From positions 2,596 to 66,595 of the forward strand of contig DASZRG010000021.1 of NCBI GenBank assembly GCA_035549295.1: 64,000 bases of DNA, read 5' to 3'. Shown here piece after piece: positions 37,970-48,400 of the stretch. Both the position numbers and the translations under genes were made by a program. A model generated the notes under the pieces. That model saw only the letters and a list, made by a program, of their open reading frames with translations, was not told the origin of the DNA and did not search any database. Within the stretch, counting starts at the first letter, position 1. The number at the start of each line of letters is the position of its first letter. This DNA is from Patescibacteria group bacterium (lineage in GTDB: Bacteria > Patescibacteriota > Microgenomatia > Levybacterales > GWA1-39-11).

Positions 37970-39280
37970 ATGTTAGAGACCAGTTCTAATAGCAATGAAA
38001 GTTTTGCGGTTGAACGATTGTCAGACGAACAAATGGGTAATCTGTTGGCTGCTGTCGGAAATCACGAAGCAAAAGCAATTACACTAGGTATCATGGAGCC
38101 GGGTCGTGTCTATAGGCAAAAAGGACTTCGAAATGCAGTGCTTCGTGCACAAGGAAAAAATCCTGGTTGGAGAATAAATATACAAGGACCCATTCAGTAT
38201 TGTTTCAACTCGTTTGAGCCGATTGGGCTTGTTGCAAAAGAAGCTCTAAGAGCTGATTTTTCGACAGATGGTTACTTCAAAACTCCAAAAGGCGAAGCTC
38301 AGGGTGAAGCCTTGGCTGGACTGGTTCTTGATTTTTCCCTAAGGTACCCGAATTTTTCCCTACAAGATTTTTTTAGTGTTCCCAGCTCTTCATCTGCAGG
38401 TGAGAAGATAGGGGAAGGAGAGGAGTACAAGGAGAGAGCGCCTTTAGTTCGCCTAAAAATTCTACAAAGACTTTTGTCAATGGATAAACCCATCCGAATA
38501 TCTGATGTAGTAAATAATTTGGGGGAAGATTACGAGCGTATAAGAGTGCACCTTGAATCTATGAGAGACTGGAAAATAATTGATTATGATTCAATAAGTT
38601 ATGGAAAAAACTTTTCCTTCTATAAGCTATCAGATGAAGCACCACAGGAAGATCCTGATTTAATATATAACACAGAAAGAATTTATCCCCAATTTGTGTA
38701 CAGGTTGTTAAAGGATCATCCTAACAGAGTTTGGACTAGAGAAGAGATTGGAGAAGAGTATATAAAAAGTGGAATTAGTAAGAAGTCTTTAAAGAATGCT
38801 ACTATGATAGCTGCTGGAATTTTAAACTTGTTGAAAGAGCGTGGATATGCTGAAAGAAGCAAATTTGGGTCTGGCTTGCAATCTGAAATCTCGCTTCAAG
38901 ATGATCAAAGAATTATGATTCGTGACCTGGTGACTACGCTCAGCAGATTTCAGAACCAAAATGTGGGTGCACTAGAATTTGGCCGAAGACGTTTAAGAGA
39001 TATTTTAGTTGATGGACCCGCTGTGTCAAGACTTATTGCGAAAGCAAAAGAACATTCTATTTATGCAAATAGACAATCAAAAGCAGACACGGCAGATGTA
39101 ATTTATGCCATAGTCTTGGATAATAGCGGGTGTGCAATTCGCGACATTCAGAAGAAATTAAAAGATGCCGGTAAAAAACTGCAAGTTCCATCTATTAGGA
39201 CAATTATGCAGCTTTTAGTTGCAGATGGTAGAGTTGGTTTTAAAGTCGAAAAGGGTATCCACTATTACCATCCTCAATAG
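37970..39280 (+). CDS. Hypothetical protein (436 aa)
   Basis: Long ORF with no recognised motif. Confidence 0.45.
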   Translation: MLETSSNSNESFAVERLSDEQMGNLLAAVGNHEAKAITLGIMEPGRVYRQKGLRNAVLRAQGKNPGWRINIQGPIQYCFNSFEPIGLVAKEALRADFSTDGYFKTPKGEAQGEALAGLVLDFSLRYPNFSLQDFFSVPSSSSAGEKIGEGEEYKERAPLVRLKILQRLLSMDKPIRISDVVNNLGEDYERIRVHLESMRDWKIIDYDSISYGKNFSFYKLSDEAPQEDPDLIYNTERIYPQFVYRLLKDHPNRVWTREEIGEEYIKSGISKKSLKNATMIAAGILNLLKERGYAERSKFGSGLQSEISLQDDQRIMIRDLVTTLSRFQNQNVGALEFGRRRLRDILVDGPAVSRLIAKAKEHSIYANRQSKADTADVIYAIVLDNSGCAIRDIQKKLKDAGKKLQVPSIRTIMQLLVADGRVGFKVEKGIHYYHPQ

Positions 39281-39351
39281 GAGCATGAGAATCATATCTC
39301 TTTATATTTAATCTGATTCCCCCACAAAACAATCGACGATCGGCTAGTGTT

Positions 39352-39918
39352 TTGTTGTTTTACAATGGGGGATTTGATAACCTTTTTATAGGAGGTTATA
39401 TGAGAGTTAATAAGGGAAGTATTGCGAATGCTTTATTATTTGCACTTGAGAAGTCAGCGGAAGGATTGATCATTCTTGATAGTTTCTCTTACTCATCTCA
39501 GATGAGATCGATACGAGGCTTACCGGCACATAAGGATCCTACAATTCTTGAGACAATAAGAAGACTCAGACGAAGAGGATTTATTGAACGCGAAACAAAT
39601 CAAGATGGCAAAGTGATTTTAAGACTTACGGAGATAGGAAGAGATTATTTGGGTCATGAAGAAGAGTGGGATGGAGTGTTTAGGATTGTAATTTGGGATG
39701 TCCCTGAGAGCAAAAGAAGAATAAGAAATCTTTTCAGAAGAAGGCTGAGAGAGTGGGATTTTAAAATTTGGCAGAAGAGCGTATGGATTTCGAAGAGAAA
39801 TGTTACAAATCAAATGAGAAACCTAATTGCTGAACTCGAGATGGGAAAATACATTGCGATAATTGAGTCAAATGATCCATATATTTCCCACATAATGATG
39901 GACGATCGTTCAAGATAA
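39352..39918 (+). CDS. PaaX-like C-terminal-domain protein (putative regulator)
   Basis: WDGVFRIVIWDVPESKRRIRNLFRRRLREWDFKIWQKSVWIS resembles the PaaX family (WDG.W.lv.YdiPe..R..R..lrr.L...GF..l..SVW). Likely start is the ATG at ~39400. Confidence 0.4.
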   Translation: MLFYNGGFDNLFIGGYMRVNKGSIANALLFALEKSAEGLIILDSFSYSSQMRSIRGLPAHKDPTILETIRRLRRRGFIERETNQDGKVILRLTEIGRDYLGHEEEWDGVFRIVIWDVPESKRRIRNLFRRRLREWDFKIWQKSVWISKRNVTNQMRNLIAELEMGKYIAIIESNDPYISHIMMDDRSR

Positions 39919-39919
39919 T

Positions 39920-41296
39920 GTTGTTTTTGATATCAAATAGTATCACGAGCTGAGCAGTATCAGGTATTTGGTTAAGGTATCAGGGGAATCAGCGAATAAG
40001 GAATAATGAGAATACGAAAACTCGTCAACCGCAATTCTTTTATTACTTAAAGCATCTTTCTGCTTAGAGTCTACTGTCTATCGACTACAGTAGACGGTGG
40101 TCTGTAGACTATAAATAAATTTACTTAATTCTTTCTACTAACTACTTAATACTTTTTTTGCGGCGTAGATGCCACTAGAAGAGTTTTTCACCTAACAAAC
40201 CGTATCTTTGTATACCTCATGTGAAAAATTGGATCGTCGAAGGGATGGAAAGTGGGGGACAAGCAACTTACAAAAAAAGATCCACAGAATTACTGCTTTA
40301 AAAGGGAATAAGAAAGCCTGCCTCCCTCACAGTGCTTACTTGCTCCCGAGGTCTACATCCTCGCGTCGCAAGAGCGCATGTGCGGGACTTCGATAGATAC
40401 TGAGTGTATCTATCTTCGCAACTCCAATAAAAAAAGACCTTCAGTTACTAATTTAAAAGGAAGTAAGAAAGCCTGCCCAACTCTCCTACCTCCATTCAAA
40501 TCAGCAACAAAAGATCTTTTCATGCGTGAAAAAATTGGTGAAAAAATCAATGTTTAGTAATCCAAACTATCAATTTTTGCCTCACCAATTTTTCTTGACA
40601 AGATATCTACGCTTCTGGTAATTTAACTACCAAGCATAGTCTTTTCCTGCCTAAAGACTAAAGCTTACTTTTTAAAAGAGCATTGCTTTTCGTACTTAAG
40701 GATTTATTTTACAGTAGCGAAAGCGATGCTCTTTTTTTACTTTTTAACGATCGTTTAAATTCAAAGAAGAAAGACCGGTAGACTTAGTCCCCGATCGACC
40801 ATCTTTTGAATTTGGTCTCTTCCTGCTTTCTCAATTTGATCTTGATAGAAGTCCACGATTCTTTTCGCTTCCTTCTTTTGATTCGCCTTTAATAATTTTG
40901 GAAATTTCATAACTTAAAAGTAGTATAGCATAACTTGCGAAGACTCGCAACCTATAGCAAAAATAGTGAAAAATTGATACTTTATGATATAGACCCAGAG
41001 TAATTAATTATTCATTTTAGACTTATATATCAATGTAAATAAAAATGTTATAAAAAAATGTGGATAACTTTGGGAAAATTAATTTGCCTATTGACAAGTG
41101 AGTAAAGTAGCAGAAAAGTAGGGTTTTGTATTACAAAAGGTATCACTCGGGCGAAATACTACCAATACATACCAATACTACCAATAAACAAATCAATTCA
41201 AAGTCAATCAGGATCAATAAAAGAAATTTATTTGTTAAATAGATGATTTAAGGATTTAAAAAATTGATTGGGTTATTGTTATATTTGTATATTGGG
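39920..41296. other. 1.4-kb AT-rich non-coding region (possible small ORFs/ncRNA; promoter- and terminator-like motifs)
   Basis: No ORF >=60 aa. Contains TTGACA-N17-TAATTT near 40600, a hairpin agagcattgcttt...aaagcgatgctct + T-run near 40680-40750, duplicated aagaaagcctgcc boxes at 40300-40470, and a ~50-aa minus-strand ORF near 40772-40921. Confidence 0.4.
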
Positions 41297-44200
41297 TTAT
41301 TTATTAACGTTTCTTCGCTTCAGGAGCTTGATTACTACTGCTACCGTGGCTGCAAAGAGCAGTAAGAATCCAGCATATTCTAAATATTGCGGCATGTAGA
41401 CAATTAGTATCTGGGTGTTAGCGCTTAGGGGTTGGGTGTTAGAATTTATTTCCCAGGCGTTCTCCCACGAATTGAGCTCGACATGTGTTTTAATTTCACT
41501 CCCGAATATAAAGGGAAATGCCGCCGCGAGATTCTTCATTATTCCTTCTTCATTATTCTTTATTCGGTATGCATGCCATCCCGCATCATATGACTGCGCG
41601 AGTACCAAAATGCCGTTTGGATTGGGATTTTCGGCAAGATTTACGATATAAAGACTCTCATTTGGATGTGAGATATTATCTATTTTAAGATTGTTTTGAG
41701 TCGAGCTTGCTTTTGGAAGCCCGAGCGAGATATTTGTCAAGAAATTGTATGGAATAGGGTGGACCTCGAGCTTTTTGAGCGTATTTTGATTGATATCATG
41801 ACCTATCGAGCCATTGTCAAAATGGAATGAGTAGCCAAGGCCACCAGCTGCCGCTGGCGGCAAAACAAAGCTTTCAAGCCCAGCACCCGACAGGTATGTA
41901 TCTATTGGAGATGTTTTTTCGTCTTCGTTGAGTATCCAGAAATGAAATGGTCGACCCGCTATTTTGTCGGAATTAACAAAGACCGCATAGCCTTGATCTG
42001 AGAAAAGACTACCTAGATAAAATGACAAACATTCGGTTGTGTTTGCGGATCTTACCATTATTGCACCAGTGTTGTCAGTTGAGAGCGTATTTTGGCCATT
42101 TCTGAAGTTATTGCAGGCACTTGTTGTGGCATTTGATCCCTTCGTGTTAAGTGCGAAATAAGGGTCGTTTACGCGCGGTAGAACTACTGTAATTGTATGG
42201 GGGCCAGAGCTTATGGGCAATACAACGCTTTGATTTATACTTGTAGAAAGTGACTCAGGTGTTAGGTTTATCTCGTTTAAAATGTTTTTTGATGAAGCGA
42301 CAATTTGGTTGTTTTGCGCAAGTGATAGGACGGAGTCGCCTAGTAAGTCGCCTTGATTTTTGTCTTTTACAACAACTTGAGATACACCGTTAACATTTAT
42401 CACGACAGGGTATACTGCTTCGCGTGGCAAAGTTACAACAGGAACATTCAAGTCATGCTCGAGAATTGTTTTCCCATCAATCGTAATTTTTGGTACGGAG
42501 ATCGAAGCTGTAAGTAGAATATTGCCTTTACTATCAATGCTTTTATAAAAAGTGACAGGAATATTTTTTTCGAGATTTTGGTAGTTTGGTATCACGATTT
42601 GCGAGGCATTTTTTAGGATAAGGTTTGTTGAAACTGTTATATTCTTGTCGTTTTCCGTGACCTTAAAATCATTGTCTGTTTGTTTTTCAGAAAATAGCGA
42701 CCCGAATGGATATACTAGGCAGTCTTGAGTTTTTGCACAGTCCGAATTTATATAATTACCAAGAGTTGAGTAGGCCGGATCTATTGTTTTCCAAAAAGGA
42801 ATATCAACATTTTGCAGGTCAGTTGTGGTAGATGAGACAAAAGATTTTGGATTACTTTTGAGAGCATATCTGTATATTTTTATTTTTCCAAACTGTGCTG
42901 CAAGTCTGATACCGGGAATTTCAGAGATCAATTTTTCAGTCTCAGGATACATTAGGCTTTTGGCGGAGGCTGGGTATATGACGTTTTCATCAAGAAGTAA
43001 CCAAGTTGCCTGGTATTTATCAAGGATATTTTGAAGCCGTATTGGATCCCTTGAGTATAGGGCGCTTGATGCCTCCCAGTAGTAATTTTCAGAAGTAGCA
43101 GACCAGACATCAAAAGCGCGGTCAAGAATAGGCTGTTTTATTCCATACCAAATAAAACCAGATCCACCCATTCCGTATCCGTAGTTGGTCCATCCCCAAA
43201 ATGTAGGTTGTGGTAGGTTGGCAATACGCGTTGCCTGGTCTTGATGCTTGAAGAAGTCAAATGTTCTGAAATACTCATTGGGTATTGCTAGTCGCTCTTT
43301 GTTGTAGAAAAGATTGCCGGTGAAGATGGGCCAGGAGATAAAGATGATTAATGAATAAAGAATAATGAAGAACGAATAATGATATCTCTTCTTGATTCTT
43401 GATTCCTGATTCTTGATTCCTTGATATATCTCCTGTGATCCTATTGCGAGCATCAGTGAATATGCGAGGCCTGCCATAAGCGAGAATTTGGTGAATGGGA
43501 AGCGGAAGACTTGGGAAAATAGGGGTATTTTTTGAAACAGTGCAAAAACTATTGAGAATGGAAACGCATCGGTTGCGAGCATAGTAAATCCGAAAGTAAA
43601 CAAGGAAATAGTAAATAGTAAATAGTCACTAGTTTTCTTCCGTTCGCGCTTTCTGAACAAATTCCAAATGGGAATTAACATTATGATAAATAAAAGATAA
43701 CCGGAGAGGGTTACGAGGGGATTTGCGAAGTGGGAACGCCATGGGGCGAGCATAAACATGTTATTTCCATTGATGTCAGGATCGACGTTGTTGAACCAAA
43801 ATCCTTTAAGAAGTGGAGTATCAAGCAAGTTGCCAAACTCTTTATTTTGCTCAAAAATATTGGCGGTTGCCATCTGATTGATCTTAGCGTTGACGTTGAC
43901 CCGAGAGTTTTGAAGGGTAAAAAGAGCAAATGGCGCGAGCCAATATGCGTTTACCACAAGAAGCGTCAGGAGAATAATAAGCGATCTTTTAAATATTTCG
44001 ATGCGATTTTTGTTTGTCAATAGTTTGACGAAACATAAGAGCGCGATAACCATGCAAGTTACGACAAAAATAGTTGGTACATAAAATGATGGGATTGAGA
44101 GCACGAAAACGACAAACATGAAGGCAAAAGTCTTTTTTTCAGGCTTTTGCATGTATTTTGCAACGGATAAAATGATCCATGGAAGCGCGGCAAAGTGAGC

Positions 44201-44695
44201 ACTAAAAGTCTCAAAAATTACAAAATATGACTGGGCGGTTGATATATTTAGCGTATAGAAGAGGGAAGCGATAAGGGCGGGGATCTGATAACTGACTACT
44301 GATCCCCCTTCGCCAAGGCTTCGGGGGACTGGCATATTTTTATCTTGTTTGAGTAAAAAATATGCCAGAAAATATGCGCCCACGCCGCCTATGAAGAGTG
44401 TTAAAAATGTCCAGAAATAGCGTAAAGTTGAGTTTGGAAGAATGAATGCTGCTGTGAGAAGTACCACTTGATGAAGCAGATCTGTTGCGTGCCCCATGCC
44501 GCCAAGAAGTCCCAAAGATTGATACTCTTGCCACACGGCAAAAATAGAACGGCCAATATTAGCGCTGAAATTTAATTCCGGCATGAGGTTGTCCCACCCC
44601 GTGAGATATGTGTTAGGTTTGTAATTGGTTGCGACGATTGCGATGTTGAGCGCGAGAATGACCGCGATAGGCCAGTATCTGCGAAATAACTTCAT
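41297..44695 (-). CDS. Very large polytopic membrane protein (1132 aa; GT-C/YfhO/AftD-like N-terminal transmembrane domain + large extracytoplasmic domain)
   Basis: >12 TM helices in the first ~550 aa (TGWDNLMPELNF..., GLLGGMGHATDL) then a ~580-aa soluble domain. Carries an in-frame AATCA[AG]G heptamer insert (QESRIKKRYHYS). Confidence 0.55.
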   Translation of the reverse strand: MKLFRRYWPIAVILALNIAIVATNYKPNTYLTGWDNLMPELNFSANIGRSIFAVWQEYQSLGLLGGMGHATDLLHQVVLLTAAFILPNSTLRYFWTFLTLFIGGVGAYFLAYFLLKQDKNMPVPRSLGEGGSVVSYQIPALIASLFYTLNISTAQSYFVIFETFSAHFAALPWIILSVAKYMQKPEKKTFAFMFVVFVLSIPSFYVPTIFVVTCMVIALLCFVKLLTNKNRIEIFKRSLIILLTLLVVNAYWLAPFALFTLQNSRVNVNAKINQMATANIFEQNKEFGNLLDTPLLKGFWFNNVDPDINGNNMFMLAPWRSHFANPLVTLSGYLLFIIMLIPIWNLFRKRERKKTSDYLLFTISLFTFGFTMLATDAFPFSIVFALFQKIPLFSQVFRFPFTKFSLMAGLAYSLMLAIGSQEIYQGIKNQESRIKKRYHYSFFIILYSLIIFISWPIFTGNLFYNKERLAIPNEYFRTFDFFKHQDQATRIANLPQPTFWGWTNYGYGMGGSGFIWYGIKQPILDRAFDVWSATSENYYWEASSALYSRDPIRLQNILDKYQATWLLLDENVIYPASAKSLMYPETEKLISEIPGIRLAAQFGKIKIYRYALKSNPKSFVSSTTTDLQNVDIPFWKTIDPAYSTLGNYINSDCAKTQDCLVYPFGSLFSEKQTDNDFKVTENDKNITVSTNLILKNASQIVIPNYQNLEKNIPVTFYKSIDSKGNILLTASISVPKITIDGKTILEHDLNVPVVTLPREAVYPVVINVNGVSQVVVKDKNQGDLLGDSVLSLAQNNQIVASSKNILNEINLTPESLSTSINQSVVLPISSGPHTITVVLPRVNDPYFALNTKGSNATTSACNNFRNGQNTLSTDNTGAIMVRSANTTECLSFYLGSLFSDQGYAVFVNSDKIAGRPFHFWILNEDEKTSPIDTYLSGAGLESFVLPPAAAGGLGYSFHFDNGSIGHDINQNTLKKLEVHPIPYNFLTNISLGLPKASSTQNNLKIDNISHPNESLYIVNLAENPNPNGILVLAQSYDAGWHAYRIKNNEEGIMKNLAAAFPFIFGSEIKTHVELNSWENAWEINSNTQPLSANTQILIVYMPQYLEYAGFLLLFAATVAVVIKLLKRRNVNK
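43380..43420 (-). repeat. AATCA[AG]G heptamer array in frame inside the large membrane protein gene
   Basis: Plus strand reads cttgattcttgattcctgattcttgattccttgat. Confidence 0.8.
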
Positions 44696-44734
44696 GATAC
44701 TTTATTTTATCCCGAATAGGCTGCCGGAAGCAAA

Positions 44735-44895
44735 GAGGTCTAGGAGTAAGGTCTAATAAGCAAATATGCAAATGATAAAGTTCAAATGAATTCCAAATTG
44801 TTAAATCTATAAATTATAAATATACACTTATTCATTATTCATTCTTAAATTCATTTGCTTATTTGAACTTTGCTTATTTGTAGTATTAGACAAGG
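44735..44895. repeat. Large imperfect palindrome, family F
   Basis: ctaataagcaaatatgcaaatgataaagttcaaatgaattc...cattcttaaattcatttgcttatttgaactttgcttatttgtag. Confidence 0.75.
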
Positions 44896-44908
44896 TATAC
44901 CCTTCGGC

Positions 44909-46147
44909 TTATAGGCTTTTCGAGAACTGGTATGCGAGGCGGCGGTATGAGCGTTCCTGTGAAGTCGATTTTTCTGCTTCTTCTTTTATGAATTTATATA
45001 TTTTTGTATTGAGCTCTTGTGGAAGAAGCGAGACAGCAACAGTTTGTGCAAGAGTATATGCTATGCCGACTGGACTTGGCTTGTATTCATGAAATACTAC
45101 ACCGCGAACACGTGATAGAAGAGTTAGGAAAAATGATCTTCTATAGTTTTTGAGCGATGAATTATTCCCATGTATGCGGTAGAGCAGTAGATAGTCTGGT
45201 AGATTCTCCACGCGACCATATTTGAAGAGTTTAAATAGAAATTCAACGTCTTCAACTGGGGATAAATCATGGTCATAATACTCAAGATTGTGCGGAAGGC
45301 GTTTTCTTGCAATCATAAATGTCGGCTGTTGTGCAGGACAGAATTTGAAGATGTATGAATAAACATCGTCAAACGCTGTAGGGAATTTTTTCTCACCTGT
45401 TATTTTTCCTTTAGCATCTATGATGAGACACTGGGCACCTACAGCAACTGTTTTAGGATGAGTTCTGAGATACTCAATTTGCTTTTCAAATCTATTTGGA
45501 AGTGAGACATCGTCAGCATCCATACGGGCTATAAAGTCACCACGAGCCATTTTAATTGCTCGATTCACAGTCTTTGCTTGTTTTACGTTGCGCTCATTTT
45601 GAAATGCACGAATCTTGTTAGGGTATTTTTTTGCAAATTTTTGGACTATTTCCCATGAGTTATCAGTTGATGCATCATCAATAATGATGAATTCAAAGTC
45701 TTTGAATGTTTGTTTGAGAATCGAATTAATAGATTGTTTGAGAAACGGCGCAGCGTTGTATACGGGCATAACAACAGAGAGAGTAGGTGGGCGATTTTCT
45801 TTTTCCTTCTCAAGTCTCTTTTGGAGTCTTGAGAGCTTTGTGTCGAGGTCTGAAAGATCTGACTTGACGATAATATTTAGCTTTGAAGTGGAGTATTTGA
45901 GACCGACTGCGCCTGCTTTTTTGTGGCCAAGCTTGTTTTTGTAAGACACAAAAGAGACTGGAAGGCTCGACTCACCTGAAAGATTGGAGAGTGTTTCAAA
46001 TGTCCTATCAGGCGATCCATCGTCAACAAATATGATCTGTGCGAGCTTTAGGCCACGACCTATCTTCACCTTTTCAAGGCTTGCAAATGTATCTTTTAAT
46101 GTTTTCTCACCCCTGTAAATTGGGATAATGATTGATAAATTCTTCAT
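44909..46147 (-). CDS. Tandem two-domain family-2 glycosyltransferase
   Basis: IIIPIYRGEKTLKDTFASL...IFVDDGSPDRT and LSVVMPVYNAAPFLKQSINSILKQTFKDFEFIIIDDASTDNS are two GT-A/GT2 N-terminal signatures with DxD. Confidence 0.8.
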   Translation of the reverse strand: MKNLSIIIPIYRGEKTLKDTFASLEKVKIGRGLKLAQIIFVDDGSPDRTFETLSNLSGESSLPVSFVSYKNKLGHKKAGAVGLKYSTSKLNIIVKSDLSDLDTKLSRLQKRLEKEKENRPPTLSVVMPVYNAAPFLKQSINSILKQTFKDFEFIIIDDASTDNSWEIVQKFAKKYPNKIRAFQNERNVKQAKTVNRAIKMARGDFIARMDADDVSLPNRFEKQIEYLRTHPKTVAVGAQCLIIDAKGKITGEKKFPTAFDDVYSYIFKFCPAQQPTFMIARKRLPHNLEYYDHDLSPVEDVEFLFKLFKYGRVENLPDYLLLYRIHGNNSSLKNYRRSFFLTLLSRVRGVVFHEYKPSPVGIAYTLAQTVAVSLLPQELNTKIYKFIKEEAEKSTSQERSYRRLAYQFSKSL

Positions 46148-46598
46148 ATTATTCGGAAAACTCAGAAAACTCAGAAAGTCAGATTTATCAGACTTTCATA
46201 TCTTCTGAGTACTCTAAAACCGACAAGATTGCTCTTACAAGCTTTAGGGTTGGTATACAGCGGTGTTAGTCTCATGAGTGAGAGGCTTGTCGAATCGACA
46301 AACTTAACTCAAAAATGAGAAACACCTGACAGGCACTTAATCGTAATCGATCACTCTTGTTCCACAGCGAATGTGGCGTAGAATGATGAAAACTCATAAG
46401 TTTTCTGCAATAGACAAATTTGCCTAACCAACCCCAATCAGTCATTACGTGACTAGCGTCCAATTAATGGCCCTACCTTGTATGGCTGACAAATGTCAGA
46501 CATAGCCTATGTGCAAGCAATTTCAGCTTCAAGGTCATAGGTTTGAAGTACGTCCCCGCGACGTGTTGGTTATGTAAAGTAGCTCTGAACGGCGCTCC

Positions 46599-46799
46599 CT
46601 ATTTGCCGTAGAAATGATGCATAGCATCATTGTTTGCCGAAAGTACCGCAACCGCGATAATGATAACCGCGAAAATTGCGATGACGCCGATCATGATGAG
46701 ACCGAAGTACAAAGTACCGTTCTCCTCATCGTGTCGCTTGACGTTTTCCAAACGCTCGGCAATGCGCTGGAAAATATCGATGGCGAGGTGGAGGTGCAT
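46599..46799 (-). CDS. Small single-TM protein (66 aa), last gene of high-GC island operon
   Basis: ATG at 46799 preceded by AAGGGGTGA. Hydrophobic segment FGLIMIGVIAIFAVIIIAVAVL. 4-bp overlap with the upstream stop. Confidence 0.4.
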   Translation of the reverse strand: MHLHLAIDIFQRIAERLENVKRHDEENGTLYFGLIMIGVIAIFAVIIIAVAVLSANNDAMHHFYGK

Positions 46800-46804
46800 G
46801 ATTG

Positions 46805-48256
46805 TCACCCCTTATAGCTATCGCACCAGGCGATGGCTCCGTTGACTCCGAGTGAGACGCCAGGCGGAAGGCCAGGGTTGTGCTCATACGGAGCTTGAGT
46901 GTTGATCGTCCACGTGGGGTCACCATGAATGGTGGCCGGACCGGTGAGTTTCCACTCGCTTTGGTTTCCAGTTGCCTGCCAATTGCCACCCAAAATACCA
47001 TTCGGATTGCAATTGCCGCTCGGTGGAGCTGGCGGCTGATATGCCGGCGGAGGCGGTGGTGCAGCGGGTGCCCCACCTTGGGCGACGCAAACTGCGTGAC
47101 CCTTGTCGACACTCTCTCCCCTGGAGGGGAAGAAAACGCCGGGATTTCGAATCTCTACGTTACCGTTGAGACCCGTGATATAGCAGGGCTGACCGACCGA
47201 CGGTGCGTTGTAAACAACACCGTTCACGACGATCGTTGTGCCATCGGCACAGCCGTTCGTCATGTAGATCGGTGCGCCGTTGTTGAGCGCTCGGGTCCCT
47301 CCGCAGAGTGAATCGTCAGTTGACGGTGCTGCGGCAGCCTGTGGCTGACAGCGGTCTCGACCGGCTTCTCCCCAGGCTGGGAAGAAGACGCCGGCGTTGA
47401 CGATCACGGTGCTACCGGTGATGCCCGTGAGTAAACACGAGGCTCCACCTGCACCGTATGTTACGCCGTCAACGACGATCTGGGTGCCGTTGGCGCAACC
47501 GTTTGTTAGGTAGATAGGTCCGCCGCCGTTCGGTACCCGGTTGGGGGTTCCGCCGCAGACAGACGAATCGTTAATGGCGCTACTGGTTGACTGCGAGCTG
47601 CTCGATCCGCCACCAACAGGTGACTTAAAGATGCAGTTCGCAAGGAACCATGACCGCTCGCCCGGCGATCGGTAGTCTGTACCTCGGATGGAGGCGCAGT
47701 CCGTTCGATCAGGTGGAGGCGGTGGTGCCGGCGGTGGAGGCGGTGGCGGTGCTGGCGCTTGTACGACTTGTGCCGCAGGCGGCTGTTGAACCGACTGTGA
47801 CTGGGTCGAGCGACCAGAATCACCACATTTGCTCATCGCCTTGATGAGAAAGTCCTGCGGGGCCCAGTGATTGTCGAGCGCTTGCTGCAAGCGGAAGCAC
47901 TCTTGATCATGAGCCATTGAGCTTGGGACAATCTCGGCGAATCCGTCGAGGATGTCCACCTTGTAGGTCTTGCCGGCCTTGTAGAACCGGTAAGGATCCT
48001 TTGTGCTCCCGCCTACCTTGTAGGCGCCGACGATGCCGACTTCACCAGGACGAACCTGAAGAAGCCAACAGCGTTCATTGCCTTTGCCCGTCTGGGCATA
48101 GTCGTGGTTGTTGCCGTCTACATCGAGCGTGCTTTCCCACTTGGGGAAAGTGTACGTGCAGTCGGCGTGCGCTATCGTTGTGATACCTGAAGGCTGTACG
48201 CCCAGGAACACCGCAACGACAATCGCGATGAGCAGTGAGCTAATGAGTTGCCTCAC
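46805..48256 (-). CDS. Secreted Pro-rich protein with N-terminal 'DExC..L...D.NHWA' domain and two internal ~75-aa Cys-containing repeats
   Basis: GTG at 48256 with AAGGGGGAG RBS. Signal peptide VRQLISSLLIAIVVAVFLG. PPPPPPPAPPPPP linker. Repeats CGGTPNRVPNGGGPIYLTNGCANGTQIVVDGVTYG... and CGGTRALNNGAPIYMTNGCADGTTIVVNGVVYN.... Track ORF starts further upstream at 48316. Confidence 0.6.
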   Translation of the reverse strand: MRQLISSLLIAIVVAVFLGVQPSGITTIAHADCTYTFPKWESTLDVDGNNHDYAQTGKGNERCWLLQVRPGEVGIVGAYKVGGSTKDPYRFYKAGKTYKVDILDGFAEIVPSSMAHDQECFRLQQALDNHWAPQDFLIKAMSKCGDSGRSTQSQSVQQPPAAQVVQAPAPPPPPPPAPPPPPDRTDCASIRGTDYRSPGERSWFLANCIFKSPVGGGSSSSQSTSSAINDSSVCGGTPNRVPNGGGPIYLTNGCANGTQIVVDGVTYGAGGASCLLTGITGSTVIVNAGVFFPAWGEAGRDRCQPQAAAAPSTDDSLCGGTRALNNGAPIYMTNGCADGTTIVVNGVVYNAPSVGQPCYITGLNGNVEIRNPGVFFPSRGESVDKGHAVCVAQGGAPAAPPPPPAYQPPAPPSGNCNPNGILGGNWQATGNQSEWKLTGPATIHGDPTWTINTQAPYEHNPGLPPGVSLGVNGAIAWCDSYKG

Positions 48257-48400
48257 AGCTCCCCCTTTCTCTAGGCTTATTAGCCTGTGAATTTTAGGGG
48301 AGGGGAAGTTTTGCACTTACGTGCGCATCTTCCCGCTCCCGCAGAATCGGTCCGGTTCACAGCACCAGGAGGAGATGATGTTCTCCGGACCAGGTGTTGG

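Noticed and set aside
39920-41296. Specific ncRNA calls (tmRNA, RNase P, SRP, 6S)
   Set aside because: No diagnostic conserved boxes (e.g. RNase P GNAA/AGGAAAGUCC, tRNA-like CCA end) were recognisable by eye. Left as an unassigned non-coding region.
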